Shown: positions 9,231 to 20,427, numbered from the stretch's first letter. The stretch: DNA of 64,000 nt from Sedimentisphaeraceae bacterium JB056 (GCA_044440125.1 JBITAJ010000015.1:128001-192000); one strand, 5' to 3'. A program made the numbers and translations. The notes: generated from the letters alone by a model not told the origin.

Positions 9231-11771
9231 TTAATTATCACAAAATTGTGATATTACTTCAGCCAGTTTTGCTTTTTTCACAGGTTTCGATATATAAGTG
9301 TTAGCACCTGCAAGTTTGAATTTTTCATTTGTAGTTCCGATAATATCACCGCTAAGTGCTATTATTGGGGTATTTCGCGATTCAGAATCAAGTTCTCTTA
9401 TTTTTTTTGTAGCTTCAATTCCATTGAGATTAGGCATATATCCGTCCATTAATACTACATCAAATTTATCGGCTTTAATTGCCTCAACGGCTCCTTCGCC
9501 ATCTTCGACAACTTGGACATCACACCCCAACTGCCTGAGTTGTCCTCCTATTACCATGCGGTTTATTTGAGTGTCATCGGCAAGCAGAATTTTTATACCT
9601 TTTCTTAGAACAACGGTTTCTTCCTGTTCTTTTTTTGTTATTTTTCCTGCTCCGATCTCGATTTCAAATCTGAAACAGCTTCCTTTTTCAACTTCACTTT
9701 CTAATCTGAGCTGTCCGCCAAACTGTTTTACAAGTCTTGTGCAAATACTTAGTCCAAGACCTGTACCACCGGATTTACTTGCTATGTTACTGTCTGCCTG
9801 CTCGAATTCATCGAATATCTTAGCTTGTTGATTTTTCGGGATTCCGATACCTGTGTCTTTGACTTCAAATCGATAGAGGGTCTTGTTGTTATTTGACTTA
9901 ACAGCCTTTACGCTTAGGGTTATGGATCCTGATTCGGTGAATTTTACTGCATTGTTAAGAAGATTTTGCAGTATCTGACGAAGTCTAAGCAGGTCGGTGA
10001 ATACTATTGATTTTCCTTCAATATCAAGCTCTTTGACAATATGTATATGTTTTTCACCTATGAGGGTCTTTGTGATCATACAAAGTTGTTCTATAATTGT
10101 TTTAAGATCAAAGTTCTCTTTTGTCAACTTCATCTTTCCGGCCTGCATTTTTGATAGATCCAATATGTCATTGATTATCGCAAGCAGTGTAGTGGCAGAG
10201 TCTTGTATTGTTTCGAGGTAGAGCCTCTGAGTCTTATCTAAATCGGTTTCAAGAATGAGCTCCAACATTCCTATTATACCGTTTATGGGTGTTCTTATTT
10301 CATGACTCATACTCGCCAGAAACTTGCTTTTGGTTTCATTTGCGGCATTAGCTTTAACAGCAAGTTTTTCTGCCTCTTTTCTTGCTTCAATAAGTTTGTT
10401 TTCAAGTGCCTTTCTTTCAGTGATGTCATAGCTAATCCCGTATACCAGGTTTTCATCGTTGCTAAATGGGCTTGCTGCAGATATCAGCCATATCTTTCCT
10501 TTGTTCTGTGAGGCAAAGTTGTATTCACATTTATGTGTGTCGTGACTTTTGTCAAGGGAGTTGAAGAATTCTCTTACTTCGGATCTGAATTCAGGAGATA
10601 CAAGACCTACATAACCATTGATGCTGAATGTTTGTTGTTTTATGCCTGCTATTTCTTGGAAATGTTTAGAAAATATAATTTCCTTTGTAGTTGAGTTATA
10701 GGTCCAACTTACGGCATTACCTACCTTTAATGACATCCCGTAAAATTTTTCATTTTTGGCAATTATTTCTGAAATTTTAACTTTTCGTGAATAAGCAACG
10801 AAGAAAATAATAAAGAATGCAGCATTACCCGATTCTATCAGCAGGAGATATTTGTAGAATTGTTCCTTGTATTGGATTAGCTCATCAAGTCTGGCTTCTG
10901 CAACAAGTTTCCAATAATATTGTTCTTGATTGCCGTCAATTGCCTTCAATGGGTAAACTGTTTTGAAATGTAAAACCTTGTCTGTTAAGGATAGTTTTCC
11001 GGAGCTATTGTTTGATATTGATTTCCATAATTCAGGGTTTAGTTCTGCAAAACTCTTTTTGTTTTTGAACATAAAACCCATCCAGTTCTGATCTCCTCCG
11101 ATGAGCCAATGACCATTATTGTTGAGTAGAGATGTTTGGTTATTCAGTTCAATGTTGAATTTGTAATTTACTATCAATAAACCTTTTAGCTCATTTTTTG
11201 AATTGAATACTGTTCTGCCTATTCTCAGCATTGGCTTGTAAGGCTTTTCTATCTCTCCATTCTCAATATTTAAATCTAATGGTGAAAAATAGAATTTTCC
11301 TTTTGGTGCAGCGATAGCTTCTTTGAAGTAGTATCTTTTCGACTTGTCTTGTAAAAGGTGTTGCGGCACGAGATAGGGATTATGGCTATTGTTTATTCGT
11401 ATTATTTCCATCCCTGTTGTATCTATAAAACGAATCTGGTCAAAATTTTTGAAGTTTTGGGCATAATTAAGAAAGAGTTTTTCAACATTGCTTTCTTTTA
11501 AAGGTTCACCGTTAATGAATTTATGAAATTCATGAGATTCTGAAATCGTTTTTATCACTGAGTCGATATTGGTAAGTTTTGTTTCGAGCAGTCTATGCGA
11601 AATCTGAAGTTTATTAGTCAGGTCATTATGTTTGATTTCGTACAATTTCTCTGTTTCATGCTGCATGTATTTATATTGAAACAAAAATATGGCTAAAGCG
11701 ACGATTAACCATGTGGCAAAAATTAAAGAAATTTTTATGTTTTTTCTTTTGAGCATCAGCAAATCCTGCAA
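9231..11771 (-). CDS. Hybrid sensor histidine kinase (periplasmic Cache-like, PAS, HisKA, HATPase, REC)
   Basis: Two TMs flank 'DKSKRYYF...SPLDLNIE...PYKPMLR'. H-box FLASMSHEIRTP, NLLNNAVKFT, DTGIGI, GGTGLGL, and REC motif VLMDGYMP. Start (TTG 11771 or ATG 11756) is uncertain. Confidence 0.92.
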   Translation of the reverse strand: MQDLLMLKRKNIKISLIFATWLIVALAIFLFQYKYMQHETEKLYEIKHNDLTNKLQISHRLLETKLTNIDSVIKTISESHEFHKFINGEPLKESNVEKLFLNYAQNFKNFDQIRFIDTTGMEIIRINNSHNPYLVPQHLLQDKSKRYYFKEAIAAPKGKFYFSPLDLNIENGEIEKPYKPMLRIGRTVFNSKNELKGLLIVNYKFNIELNNQTSLLNNNGHWLIGGDQNWMGFMFKNKKSFAELNPELWKSISNNSSGKLSLTDKVLHFKTVYPLKAIDGNQEQYYWKLVAEARLDELIQYKEQFYKYLLLIESGNAAFFIIFFVAYSRKVKISEIIAKNEKFYGMSLKVGNAVSWTYNSTTKEIIFSKHFQEIAGIKQQTFSINGYVGLVSPEFRSEVREFFNSLDKSHDTHKCEYNFASQNKGKIWLISAASPFSNDENLVYGISYDITERKALENKLIEARKEAEKLAVKANAANETKSKFLASMSHEIRTPINGIIGMLELILETDLDKTQRLYLETIQDSATTLLAIINDILDLSKMQAGKMKLTKENFDLKTIIEQLCMITKTLIGEKHIHIVKELDIEGKSIVFTDLLRLRQILQNLLNNAVKFTESGSITLSVKAVKSNNNKTLYRFEVKDTGIGIPKNQQAKIFDEFEQADSNIASKSGGTGLGLSICTRLVKQFGGQLRLESEVEKGSCFRFEIEIGAGKITKKEQEETVVLRKGIKILLADDTQINRMVIGGQLRQLGCDVQVVEDGEGAVEAIKADKFDVVLMDGYMPNLNGIEATKKIRELDSESRNTPIIALSGDIIGTTNEKFKLAGANTYISKPVKKAKLAEVISQFCDN

Positions 11772-12012
11772 AATACCTCTAAAATATCTAATATTCTGAT
11801 GGCCGAGTATTTATGATATCGTTTTTTTATTGTAATTGCAAATAATTGGAATAAAAAATATGTTTTAATTATAGTTTGTAATGGTAATTGCTCTATGGCC
11901 GGGAGAAGCAGTTTTCTTGCCCTTTTTTTGTTTCTGGAATAGGCCGTTTTGCCTATGTTGAAGATAAAGCATAAATTTGATAAACTAATGGCGGTAAAAA
12001 TTACATAAACTC

Positions 12013-12041
12013 TTGCATTTTATGCAATAATCAATTAATAT
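12013..12041 (+). promoter_or_regulatory. Candidate sigma70 promoter with a palindrome over the -35
   Basis: TTGCAT-N17-TAATAT. The palindrome TTGCAT-TTT-ATGCAA at 12013-12027 covers the -35. Confidence 0.4.
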
Positions 12042-12218
12042 TAACATGTACGTTTAGGCACTAATAAGGAGCTTTTTTGCCCACCGCCTTTAGGTGTTGT
12101 TCAAGAGTTTTTTAGTCTTCGTATTTTGTTGTTAAGATTATTTTCTTCTCGAAGCCTTTTTATTTGAGGTTAGAGGAGTTTGGTTGGAACTAAATAGAGT
12201 ATATGGATAGTTACCTGA

Positions 12219-15200
12219 ATGAAAGGTTTTTGTAAATCATATTCTAAAAAATGGGTATGCCTTACGATCCTTGCGTGCTTCATATTGGGGCTCGGATGGC
12301 TGGCTGCTGCTTGGCGCGCAGATTCAGCCGAATTCAAACTGAAAAACGAGATTTTACAGCAGGCTACTGAAATTGCTCTTACCATAGACCCTTCACTTGC
12401 AAGCCAGCTTTCATTTACTGTTGATGACAAACGAAACCCTGCTTTTGAGCAGATTCGTCAACAACTTATCGCTTACCGAAGGCTGAGGCCTCAGTCTCCA
12501 ATTTACAGCATGGCCCTTAAAGGTAATGATATTGTTTTTGGTCCTGAAAGTTATATACAGGAGGAAAACAAGGCAAGATCTTCGCGAATGGGTGTGATAT
12601 ACAGAAAGCCGGATGCAAAATTGTATGAGGCCTTTGACACTGCTGAAGCCATGATAGTCGGCCCATACACAGATGAGTACAGCACATCTATAAGTGCATT
12701 TGCGCCAGTATTGGATCCAAAGACAGAACAGGTTCTCATGGTAGTCGGCGTTGACATGATGGCCGAGCAATGGAATTTACAGATTAATGAGGCCAAGAAA
12801 TCTCCCATTTTGGCAACAGCTATATTGCTCATAGTTGTTTTTCTGGGTGCGATTCTGATATGGTATCGTGATAAGCTCGATCTTTCCGAAAAACATAAAT
12901 TACAGCATATCGAAACACTGCTTGCAGCAACAATATGTCTAATGTTGACTGTTTATGCAACGAAGATAGCTTTTGAAGTATCAGAGAATTCCCGTAAAGA
13001 TAATTTTTTGAAATATTCAAAGGCCAGAGCAGACTCTATAAGAGAGGCATTTCACGAGGTAGATTTTAATATCGATTCACTCGGAAGGCTCTATGAGTAC
13101 GAGAATGATATAAGCAGGCAAGCTTTTAGAGAATTTACATTGCCAATGACCAAGTCTGCAGAGATAGGGTCTTATCAATGGATACCGGTCATACCTTATG
13201 AGAAGAGGCCCATAATTGAGAATAATCTCAGGGAAGAGGGTGATAAGGATTTCAGTATTTGGCAAAATGACTCAAGTGGTCAAAAGACTGCGGCAGACAG
13301 GAAGGTTGCTTATTATCCTGTTTTGTATGTTGAGCCGATTGAAGATAATAAGAATATTTTTGGTTTTGATGTCGGTTCTCAGAGCATTTTTGCTGCTGCA
13401 ATAGATAAAGCAAGCAAGACTGGCCTTGAGACCGCTACCGATCCCGTTGATATATTGTCATCGGAAAAGAGTACTATGGTATTCAGGCCTGTATTCAAGT
13501 CCAGCAGTAAGGACAGTACCAGGAGATACACAAGAATCCCCGTTGGTTTTATAGGTGCTGAGCTTAAAATACAGAAAATGCTTGAAAGCAACATCAGAAG
13601 CAATGTCAGTCAGGCCGCTTTGGTACATACTGATATGCTTGATGTTATGTCGCACAGGCCGGTTTTTGTTGCCTCAAGTCAGGAGTTAGACAGTAAAAGA
13701 CAGCAATTATGGGATCGACAGAATTACGATCTTTACCATATCACGCCTATTTTCGCATTTGACAGGACTTTTGCAATAATATCCCATCCAAGCGATGTTT
13801 TTTATTCTCAAAATCCTCCAATCATGGTATGGATAGTTGCCTTGACGGGAATTGCAATAACAGTAATACTTACTTCTTTCATTAAATTCCTCCGATCAAG
13901 ACATGCTGTTCTTGAAAATCAGGTTCGCCAGAGAACGGAGCAGATAAGAGAGCGTGAAGAAAGGCTTTCTACCACATTGAATTCTATCGGTGATGCGGTT
14001 ATTGCCACTGATACTGAAGGATATATTACAAGAATGAATCCTGTTGCTGAGCAGCTTACAGGCTGGGATTTCGAAGAGGCTAAGGGTGCGGAACTTAAAA
14101 GTATATTCAGCATATATGATGCAACGACTCTGCAGCCTTTGAACGATCCTGTTTCACGCGTACTAAGCAGTGGAGATCTTATAGGTCTTGCGAATCATAC
14201 AACCCTTTTTGCAAGAAATGGGACAAGATACCAGATTGGCCACAGCGCTTCACCTATTCGCGACCCAGCTGGTAATATTCAGGGTGTTGTGTTGGTTTTC
14301 CGTGATGTTACAGGCCAGTATAATATGCGGAAGATGATAGAGGAGAGTGAGGCAAGGTACAGAACACTGGCAAATTCCGGACAGGCACTTGTCTGGACGT
14401 CGGGGATTGATAAAAAATACGATTATTTTAACGAACCCTGGCTGAAGTTCACTAATAGAACAATGGAAGAGGAAGTAGGGTATGGGTGGCAGGAAGGTAT
14501 TCACTCCGAGGATCTTGAAAATCGTAAAAGAATTTATGAAGACTCCTTTGATAATCGCCAAAAATTTACAGTTGATTATCGTCTCCTCCGTTATGACGGC
14601 AAATATCGCTGGATACAAGACAGCGGCACTCCAAGATATGACAGTCACGGAAAATTTATCGGCTATATAGGTCATTGTCTCGATATAACAGCAAGGAAGA
14701 TTGCTGAAGAAAATCTGGAAAGAAGTGAAAGACGACTGCTTCTTGCTACCAAAGGTGCCGGCATTGGCATATGGGATTATGATGTAAAGAGTGATTTCCT
14801 TGAATGGAATGATCAAATGTTTGAGATATATGGTCTTAATCCGAAGTCTTTCAATAATCGATTTGAAGATTGGAAGAGTACTGTTGTTAAAGAGGATATA
14901 GACGCCACTATTAAGAAATTCAAAGCGGCATTGAGGGGTGAATGCGAATTTAATGTCGAATTTAATATAAAGCGTCCTGATGGCGGCAGAAGGTGCGTTA
15001 AAGGCATAGCTGTTGTAAATTGGGATAAAGAAGGCAGGCCTGTAAGAATAGTTGGTGTTAATTATGATACTACAGAACTGCACAAGGCAAACTCCGAACT
15101 CAAAAAAGCAGTCCAGAGAGCGGAAAAAATGGCGATTGAGGCTCAGGCTGCTAATATTGCCAAAGGACAATTCCTTGCAAATATAAGTCATGAGATAAGG

Positions 15201-16721
15201 ACACCGATGAATGGTGTTATTGGTATGACTGACCTTCTTCTTGAAACGGAACTTTCCGAAGAACAGCAACGTTATGCGGAAATAGTACGTTCAAGTGGTA
15301 ATTCTATGCTAAGCCTTATTAACGAGATACTTGATTTTTCAAAAATCGAGGCTGATAAACTGGAACTGGAGGTTCTTGATTTTGATCTCAGAGAGCTTAT
15401 GGAGGAGACCTCTGAAATGCTTGCCTTCAGAGCTCAGGAAAAGAATGTCGAGCTTATCTGCCGAGTAGATCCTAATCTTCACACCAAGCTTCGAAGCGAT
15501 TTTGGCAGAATTAAGCAAGTATTGACCAATCTTGGAGGCAATGCAATAAAGTTTACTGAAAAGGGTGAGATTACAATCAGTGCATCTGCCGTAGATGAAA
15601 CTGATAATAAAGTTAAGATAAAGTTTGAGGTTAAAGATACTGGAATCGGTATACCTGAGGATAAAATCGGGCTTCTGTTTAATCCTTTTCAGCAAGTTGA
15701 TGATTCACACACAAGACGATTCAGTGGAACAGGACTGGGGCTTGCCATCTCAAAGAGGCTTTCAGGGATGCTTGGCGGGGATATTGGTGTAGAGAGTGTA
15801 GAAGGAAAAGGGTCTACTTTCTGGTTTACGGCTGAGTGTGAGAAACAGCCGGGAGTCAAAAGTGTTGAATGTGAGAGCCTTGCCAACTTAAAGGGGGTAA
15901 GGGTACTTGTTGTTGATGACAATGTATCAAATTGTGAGGTACTCGGTGAACAGCTTTCTATTTGGGGGGCAAAATGCGAGTATTGCTATAATGCAGTGGA
16001 TGTTATTGATAGTTTACTTAAAGCCAAATCACATAAAATCCCTTATAAAGTTGTTATTGTTGATATTCAGATGCCCTACATTGATGGTGCAAGTATAGGC
16101 AAAAAAATCAAAAGCAACCCGGCTTTAAATGATACAAGCCTTATTATGATGACTGCTCCCGGCAAAACTGAAGGTACAGTAAAATTTAATAAGGATGGTT
16201 TTGAAGGTTATCTTGCAAAACCCATAAAGCAGGCGAGTCTTAATGAATGCCTGTCCAAAATATTAGGGCGTTCGAGCAGTCAGGTCAATTCTGTTCAGAA
16301 AGTTTCATTCTCCAGCAGTCTTGAGTTATCGCAGGAAAGACGCGAAGAAATAAAGATATTGCTTGCTGAGGATAATCCAATAAACCAGAAAGTTGCTATT
16401 GGAATGCTCAAAAAGCTCGGGCTTAGCACTGACGCAGTAGTTAATGGACGTGATGCCGTTGAGGCGGCAGAGCAGAAATTCTATGATCTCGTATTCATGG
16501 ATATACAAATGCCTGTTATGGACGGACTTGCGGCAACTGATGCTATAAGAAAGTCAAGCCAGAGCAATCCGACCAAGCCTGATGTGCCTATAATAGCTAT
16601 GACTGCTAATGCTATTAAAGGTGATCGCGAGAAGTGTCTTGATGCAGGAATGGATGATTACATACCAAAACCTGTAATGCTTCCTGTTTTGGCCGAGATG
16701 CTCAATAAATGGCTTAAATAG
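12219..16721 (+). CDS. Large hybrid sensor histidine kinase (Cache-like and CHASE sensory domains, 3 PAS, HisKA, HATPase, 2 REC)
   Basis: GPYTDEY and 'YYPVLYVEP...FGFDV' (CHASE), three PAS/PAC blocks, FLANISHEIRTP, NLGGNAIKFT, VIVDIQMP and VFMDIQMP. Confidence 0.93.
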   Translation: MKGFCKSYSKKWVCLTILACFILGLGWLAAAWRADSAEFKLKNEILQQATEIALTIDPSLASQLSFTVDDKRNPAFEQIRQQLIAYRRLRPQSPIYSMALKGNDIVFGPESYIQEENKARSSRMGVIYRKPDAKLYEAFDTAEAMIVGPYTDEYSTSISAFAPVLDPKTEQVLMVVGVDMMAEQWNLQINEAKKSPILATAILLIVVFLGAILIWYRDKLDLSEKHKLQHIETLLAATICLMLTVYATKIAFEVSENSRKDNFLKYSKARADSIREAFHEVDFNIDSLGRLYEYENDISRQAFREFTLPMTKSAEIGSYQWIPVIPYEKRPIIENNLREEGDKDFSIWQNDSSGQKTAADRKVAYYPVLYVEPIEDNKNIFGFDVGSQSIFAAAIDKASKTGLETATDPVDILSSEKSTMVFRPVFKSSSKDSTRRYTRIPVGFIGAELKIQKMLESNIRSNVSQAALVHTDMLDVMSHRPVFVASSQELDSKRQQLWDRQNYDLYHITPIFAFDRTFAIISHPSDVFYSQNPPIMVWIVALTGIAITVILTSFIKFLRSRHAVLENQVRQRTEQIREREERLSTTLNSIGDAVIATDTEGYITRMNPVAEQLTGWDFEEAKGAELKSIFSIYDATTLQPLNDPVSRVLSSGDLIGLANHTTLFARNGTRYQIGHSASPIRDPAGNIQGVVLVFRDVTGQYNMRKMIEESEARYRTLANSGQALVWTSGIDKKYDYFNEPWLKFTNRTMEEEVGYGWQEGIHSEDLENRKRIYEDSFDNRQKFTVDYRLLRYDGKYRWIQDSGTPRYDSHGKFIGYIGHCLDITARKIAEENLERSERRLLLATKGAGIGIWDYDVKSDFLEWNDQMFEIYGLNPKSFNNRFEDWKSTVVKEDIDATIKKFKAALRGECEFNVEFNIKRPDGGRRCVKGIAVVNWDKEGRPVRIVGVNYDTTELHKANSELKKAVQRAEKMAIEAQAANIAKGQFLANISHEIRTPMNGVIGMTDLLLETELSEEQQRYAEIVRSSGNSMLSLINEILDFSKIEADKLELEVLDFDLRELMEETSEMLAFRAQEKNVELICRVDPNLHTKLRSDFGRIKQVLTNLGGNAIKFTEKGEITISASAVDETDNKVKIKFEVKDTGIGIPEDKIGLLFNPFQQVDDSHTRRFSGTGLGLAISKRLSGMLGGDIGVESVEGKGSTFWFTAECEKQPGVKSVECESLANLKGVRVLVVDDNVSNCEVLGEQLSIWGAKCEYCYNAVDVIDSLLKAKSHKIPYKVVIVDIQMPYIDGASIGKKIKSNPALNDTSLIMMTAPGKTEGTVKFNKDGFEGYLAKPIKQASLNECLSKILGRSSSQVNSVQKVSFSSSLELSQERREEIKILLAEDNPINQKVAIGMLKKLGLSTDAVVNGRDAVEAAEQKFYDLVFMDIQMPVMDGLAATDAIRKSSQSNPTKPDVPIIAMTANAIKGDREKCLDAGMDDYIPKPVMLPVLAEMLNKWLK

Positions 16722-16727
16722 TTTTTT

Positions 16728-17576
16728 CTAAACAAGGCTCTTGTGCCAGACATTCATGCTTTCGATGCTGCCGGCTATATTTGTATTGTTAATAAGTCTG
16801 CCGCCATAACTATACCCAAGCTTTGCAAATGTGATATTCATACCTGGAGATACGGCTCTTGCAATAGTGTAAGCAGTTTTAATACCTATCTGTTTTGTAT
16901 ACTTTTCCATTTCAGTGAGAAGGTGAACTGCGAATCCTTTTCCTCTACGATCAGGAAGTGTTGCAAAGTCAGTCATTTCAACGCTTTGTGATTTCTCGTC
17001 CATTTCTGCTGAAGCTAGAGCAATTAACTCATTGTCTTTTTCAATTCCAAAGTAAGCAACGTGAGATTCCATTGTTTCAAGCAGATAGTTCGGGTCATTA
17101 ATGGGGAAGGGGTAGGTGGCAAATACCTTCGAATAGATTTTCGCCATTTCCTCAACATCAGACTCGGTACATTTTCTCAGCTTATAGTCCTCTGATAGGG
17201 CTTGGCCTGTTCCATTTCCTGCTTTGCTGTTCGATAATTTAACTATGCCTTCAAGTTCATCATGCTGCTGCTCAACTTTTCGGTCTTCTTCAAGATAGTA
17301 TCCAAACATAAGAGCATCTTCTTTGCCATTATACATCTTGGGTATAGTTGCTTCTGCATCAAAACCGTTAACAATAAATGGTTCAGATTCAGACAATGGT
17401 ACTTTTGTGAATATCTTGGAGTAATTTTGTTCCTCAGCGATTTCAAGCAAAGTTGGAATCAAAGATTCGCAGTCGGAGTCACCCAACTTCATCAAGTATA
17501 TTCTGTCACTGAGAGAGCCATGCTGAATTGTTGCTCCCTCTACTTGTTCTATAACGTCAAGTTGTACATCTATCAT
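16728..17576 (-). CDS. ablB: Beta-lysine N6-acetyltransferase
   Basis: RIYLMKL, YSKIFTKV, VFATYPFPI, EMTDFATLPDRRGKG, YTIARAVSPGMN and ESMNVWHK; clustered with lysine 2,3-aminomutase. Confidence 0.93.
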   Translation of the reverse strand: MIDVQLDVIEQVEGATIQHGSLSDRIYLMKLGDSDCESLIPTLLEIAEEQNYSKIFTKVPLSESEPFIVNGFDAEATIPKMYNGKEDALMFGYYLEEDRKVEQQHDELEGIVKLSNSKAGNGTGQALSEDYKLRKCTESDVEEMAKIYSKVFATYPFPINDPNYLLETMESHVAYFGIEKDNELIALASAEMDEKSQSVEMTDFATLPDRRGKGFAVHLLTEMEKYTKQIGIKTAYTIARAVSPGMNITFAKLGYSYGGRLINNTNIAGSIESMNVWHKSLV

Positions 17577-17587
17577 TTTAAGTCCTT

Positions 17588-19018
17588 TTATATTTTATCT
17601 TTATCGGGAAATACGAAAGATAATGTCACGTAGAGTAATAATGAAATCCCTATTCCGTAAATACTTAGATCCAATCCGTTACTTTTAAGGCAGTCTGGAA
17701 TAGGACAGAAACCTGTCATCAGGAGGATTGTTGTCAGTCCGCCGCCAAGCATTGCCGCAAGGGCCGCGATACTGCTGCCGCGTTTCCAAAAGAAAGCTCC
17801 CAGTGTTGGTATGAATAACCCGGATACCATAAATGCGTAAGCGTAGAGGATAGCATCCAGTACCATTTTGAATTGAGCGGCAAGAACAACAGCTAACGTT
17901 CCTATTATGAAGGTTGCTACCATTGAAAGTTTTATCGATTGTTTTGCATTCAGGTTAAAACAGTACCTTTCAAGCAGATCGTTAACCAAGTTTCCAGAAG
18001 AAGCCATCAGGCAGCTGTCCGCAGTCGACATGATAGCGGAAAAATAGGAAGCGATAACTATTCCGGTTACTCCAATCGGTAATATATCCCGAACGAGCAT
18101 TGGCAGGGCCATCTCCGCTTCTGCATCAGGAAATACTACTCTGGCGCACATTCCGAGGAAAACTCCAGTGAAGGCCATTATCGGATATTCAAAAATACCT
18201 GCTATGTACCAGGCTTTTTTAGCTTCTTTCTCATCTTTACATGCATACATTCTCTGGTATAGTGTCATTCCGACAAACCATATAGGTATTATTGTTACCA
18301 TCCAGTTTATGAATGTTGATAATTCTATATTTGTCATCGAAAAATGACTTTTTGGCAGATTATCCTTTAATGCCTGTAAACCTCCTATTTTATAGAGTGT
18401 TACAGGGATTGTTACGAAGATTAAACCGCAAAGTAATATCAGCCACTGTATTGTGTCAGTGTATATCACTGCTTTAAGACCGCCTATCACAGTATATAAT
18501 ATAGTTATGGCAGCAATCACGACAAGTGCGAATAATATAGGGTCCATGCCAAAAGGGCTCTTGGGCAGTATTGTAGCTGATGCAAGTTTAGCACCTGCAA
18601 GCATTTGTGCGCCTGTGAAACCTAAATAGCCGATTCCTGAAATTATAGCCGCCATAAAAGCCACTTTATTATTGTAGCGATTTCGCAGGAAGTCGGGGTA
18701 TGTCATCATTCCATGCTTTTCATCAACACGCTTGACCTTGGGTATTATAAGAACAGCCGATAACCATGCTCCGACAAGTCCGGTGAAAAGCAGCCAACTG
18801 CCGGAGAGTCCCATGGCAAAACCAACTCCGCCAAGTCCGATAGAGAAACCGCCACCGACATCTGTTGCTACAATTGATAAGCCTACATGGTGTGCTTTAA
18901 TTGAACGGGAACCTACATAGTAGTCTTCTGTGCTTTTATTCTTGCGAAAATGATAGATTCCTACGCTTAATACTCCTGCCATATAAAAGGCAAATATTAT
19001 GTAATCAACAATACTCAT
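17588..19018 (-). CDS. Sodium:solute symporter (PutP-like)
   Basis: [30 protein letters not shown]; about 13 TMs. Start taken as MSIVDY (19018). Confidence 0.9.
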   Translation of the reverse strand: MSIVDYIIFAFYMAGVLSVGIYHFRKNKSTEDYYVGSRSIKAHHVGLSIVATDVGGGFSIGLGGVGFAMGLSGSWLLFTGLVGAWLSAVLIIPKVKRVDEKHGMMTYPDFLRNRYNNKVAFMAAIISGIGYLGFTGAQMLAGAKLASATILPKSPFGMDPILFALVVIAAITILYTVIGGLKAVIYTDTIQWLILLCGLIFVTIPVTLYKIGGLQALKDNLPKSHFSMTNIELSTFINWMVTIIPIWFVGMTLYQRMYACKDEKEAKKAWYIAGIFEYPIMAFTGVFLGMCARVVFPDAEAEMALPMLVRDILPIGVTGIVIASYFSAIMSTADSCLMASSGNLVNDLLERYCFNLNAKQSIKLSMVATFIIGTLAVVLAAQFKMVLDAILYAYAFMVSGLFIPTLGAFFWKRGSSIAALAAMLGGGLTTILLMTGFCPIPDCLKSNGLDLSIYGIGISLLLYVTLSFVFPDKDKI

Positions 19019-19052
19019 TTTATCGGTTGAGCTCCAGTCTGAATTTGCGGTT

Positions 19053-19098
19053 AAAAACAAACCGTATTGGCTGGAGGTTAATTCCAGCCAATACGGTT
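19053..19098 (-). terminator. Intra-operon intrinsic terminator / stabilising hairpin after ablA
   Basis: Perfect 16-bp inverted repeat AACCGTATTGGCTGGA-N7-TCCAGCCAATACGGTT (19060-19098), followed on the minus strand by TGTTTTT. Confidence 0.75.
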
Positions 19099-19122
19099 AT
19101 TATATTCTTTATTATGTAGTTA

Positions 19123-20427
19123 CTAATCTCTACGTGAATGTCTTTCATTACTGTCTGGTACGAGTGAAATTGTTTTGTCATGGTCACAAAGCAATTTCTG
19201 AATTCCTAATGATTTCCATTCATCGGCATCATCTACAGCAAGCTGCAAGTCACACTCATCGCAGTCTCTGTCGCAGAAGATAGGTTCATAAGAATCAGGT
19301 TCCTTGTATGTTGTTATAACACCTTCATAATTACGAAGGATGACTTTGTTTGTAGACCATGATATAAGATAATTAGGCATAACAGGTATTTTACCGCCAC
19401 CGCCAGGGGCGTCAATAACATAAGTCGGTATACAGAATCCGCTTGTATGACCAATCAGATTTTCCAGTATCTCAATACCTTTGCCTACTGGTGTGCGGAA
19501 ATGGCTTAAGCCTTCCGAGAGGTCGCATTGATAGAGGTAGTATGGACGAACTCTGTTTGCAACAAGTTTGTGAACCAACGCTCTCATTATACGCGGGCAA
19601 TCGTTAATACCTGCAAGAAGCACAGACTGATTGCCAAGTGGTATTCCAGCATCGGCAAGTCTCTTTAGTGCTGTTCTTGAAGAATTAGTCAATTCCCTTG
19701 GATGATTGAAATGCGTATTTATCCATATCGGGTGATGTTTTTTAAGCATATTAACCAAGTTGTCGGTTATTCTGTAAGGCAGAACGACAGGTGTCCTTGT
19801 ACCAATACGAATAACCTCAACATGTTCAATAGCGGTTAGTTCAGTGAGTATCCAGTCAAGATAATTATCTGAAAGCAGGAATGGGTCGCCGCCGCTTAGA
19901 AGCACATCGCGAATTTGAGGATTTGCTTTGATGTATTCAATTCCAGCCATTATCTGCTGACGATCGGGGATACTGTCAACATCGCCTACACGGCGTTTAC
20001 GCGTGCAGTGACGGCAGTACATTGCGCATGTGTTACTTACAAGAAGAAGTACGCGGTCGGGATAACGATGTGTTATTCCAGGCACGGGGCTGTCCTCGTC
20101 TTCATGAAGCGGATCGGACATGTCACACTTCTTGTGTATCAATTCACTGGGAGAGGGAAAAGCCTGCTTAAAGACAGGATCGTTTTCCAAATCATCAGTA
20201 TTAATCAACGACAGATAATAAGGTGTAATTGACAGAGGAAAACGGTTTATTGTTTCCTCGTATTGCTTTCTTTTTTCTTCTGAAAATTTGATATCCAGAA
20301 GTTCTTCAAATGTATCGATATCATGTATACAGTTTCTATTTTGCCACTTCCAATCGTGCCACATTGATATTGCGGCATCATCGTCTATCGCTTGAAATAT
20401 TGATTCTTGTGCATTACTTAATTTCAT
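19123..20427 (-). CDS. ablA: Lysine 2,3-aminomutase (radical SAM, PLP)
   Basis: [38 protein letters not shown] and [10 protein letters not shown] (PLP lysine). Confidence 0.96.
   Translation of the reverse strand: MKLSNAQESIFQAIDDDAAISMWHDWKWQNRNCIHDIDTFEELLDIKFSEEKRKQYEETINRFPLSITPYYLSLINTDDLENDPVFKQAFPSPSELIHKKCDMSDPLHEDEDSPVPGITHRYPDRVLLLVSNTCAMYCRHCTRKRRVGDVDSIPDRQQIMAGIEYIKANPQIRDVLLSGGDPFLLSDNYLDWILTELTAIEHVEVIRIGTRTPVVLPYRITDNLVNMLKKHHPIWINTHFNHPRELTNSSRTALKRLADAGIPLGNQSVLLAGINDCPRIMRALVHKLVANRVRPYYLYQCDLSEGLSHFRTPVGKGIEILENLIGHTSGFCIPTYVIDAPGGGGKIPVMPNYLISWSTNKVILRNYEGVITTYKEPDSYEPIFCDRDCDECDLQLAVDDADEWKSLGIQKLLCDHDKTISLVPDSNERHSRRD

Noticed and set aside
14250..15269. 339-aa antisense ORF
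   Set aside because: It lies wholly opposite the well-supported hybrid kinase, has an Ile/Phe-rich shadow composition and shows no motifs.
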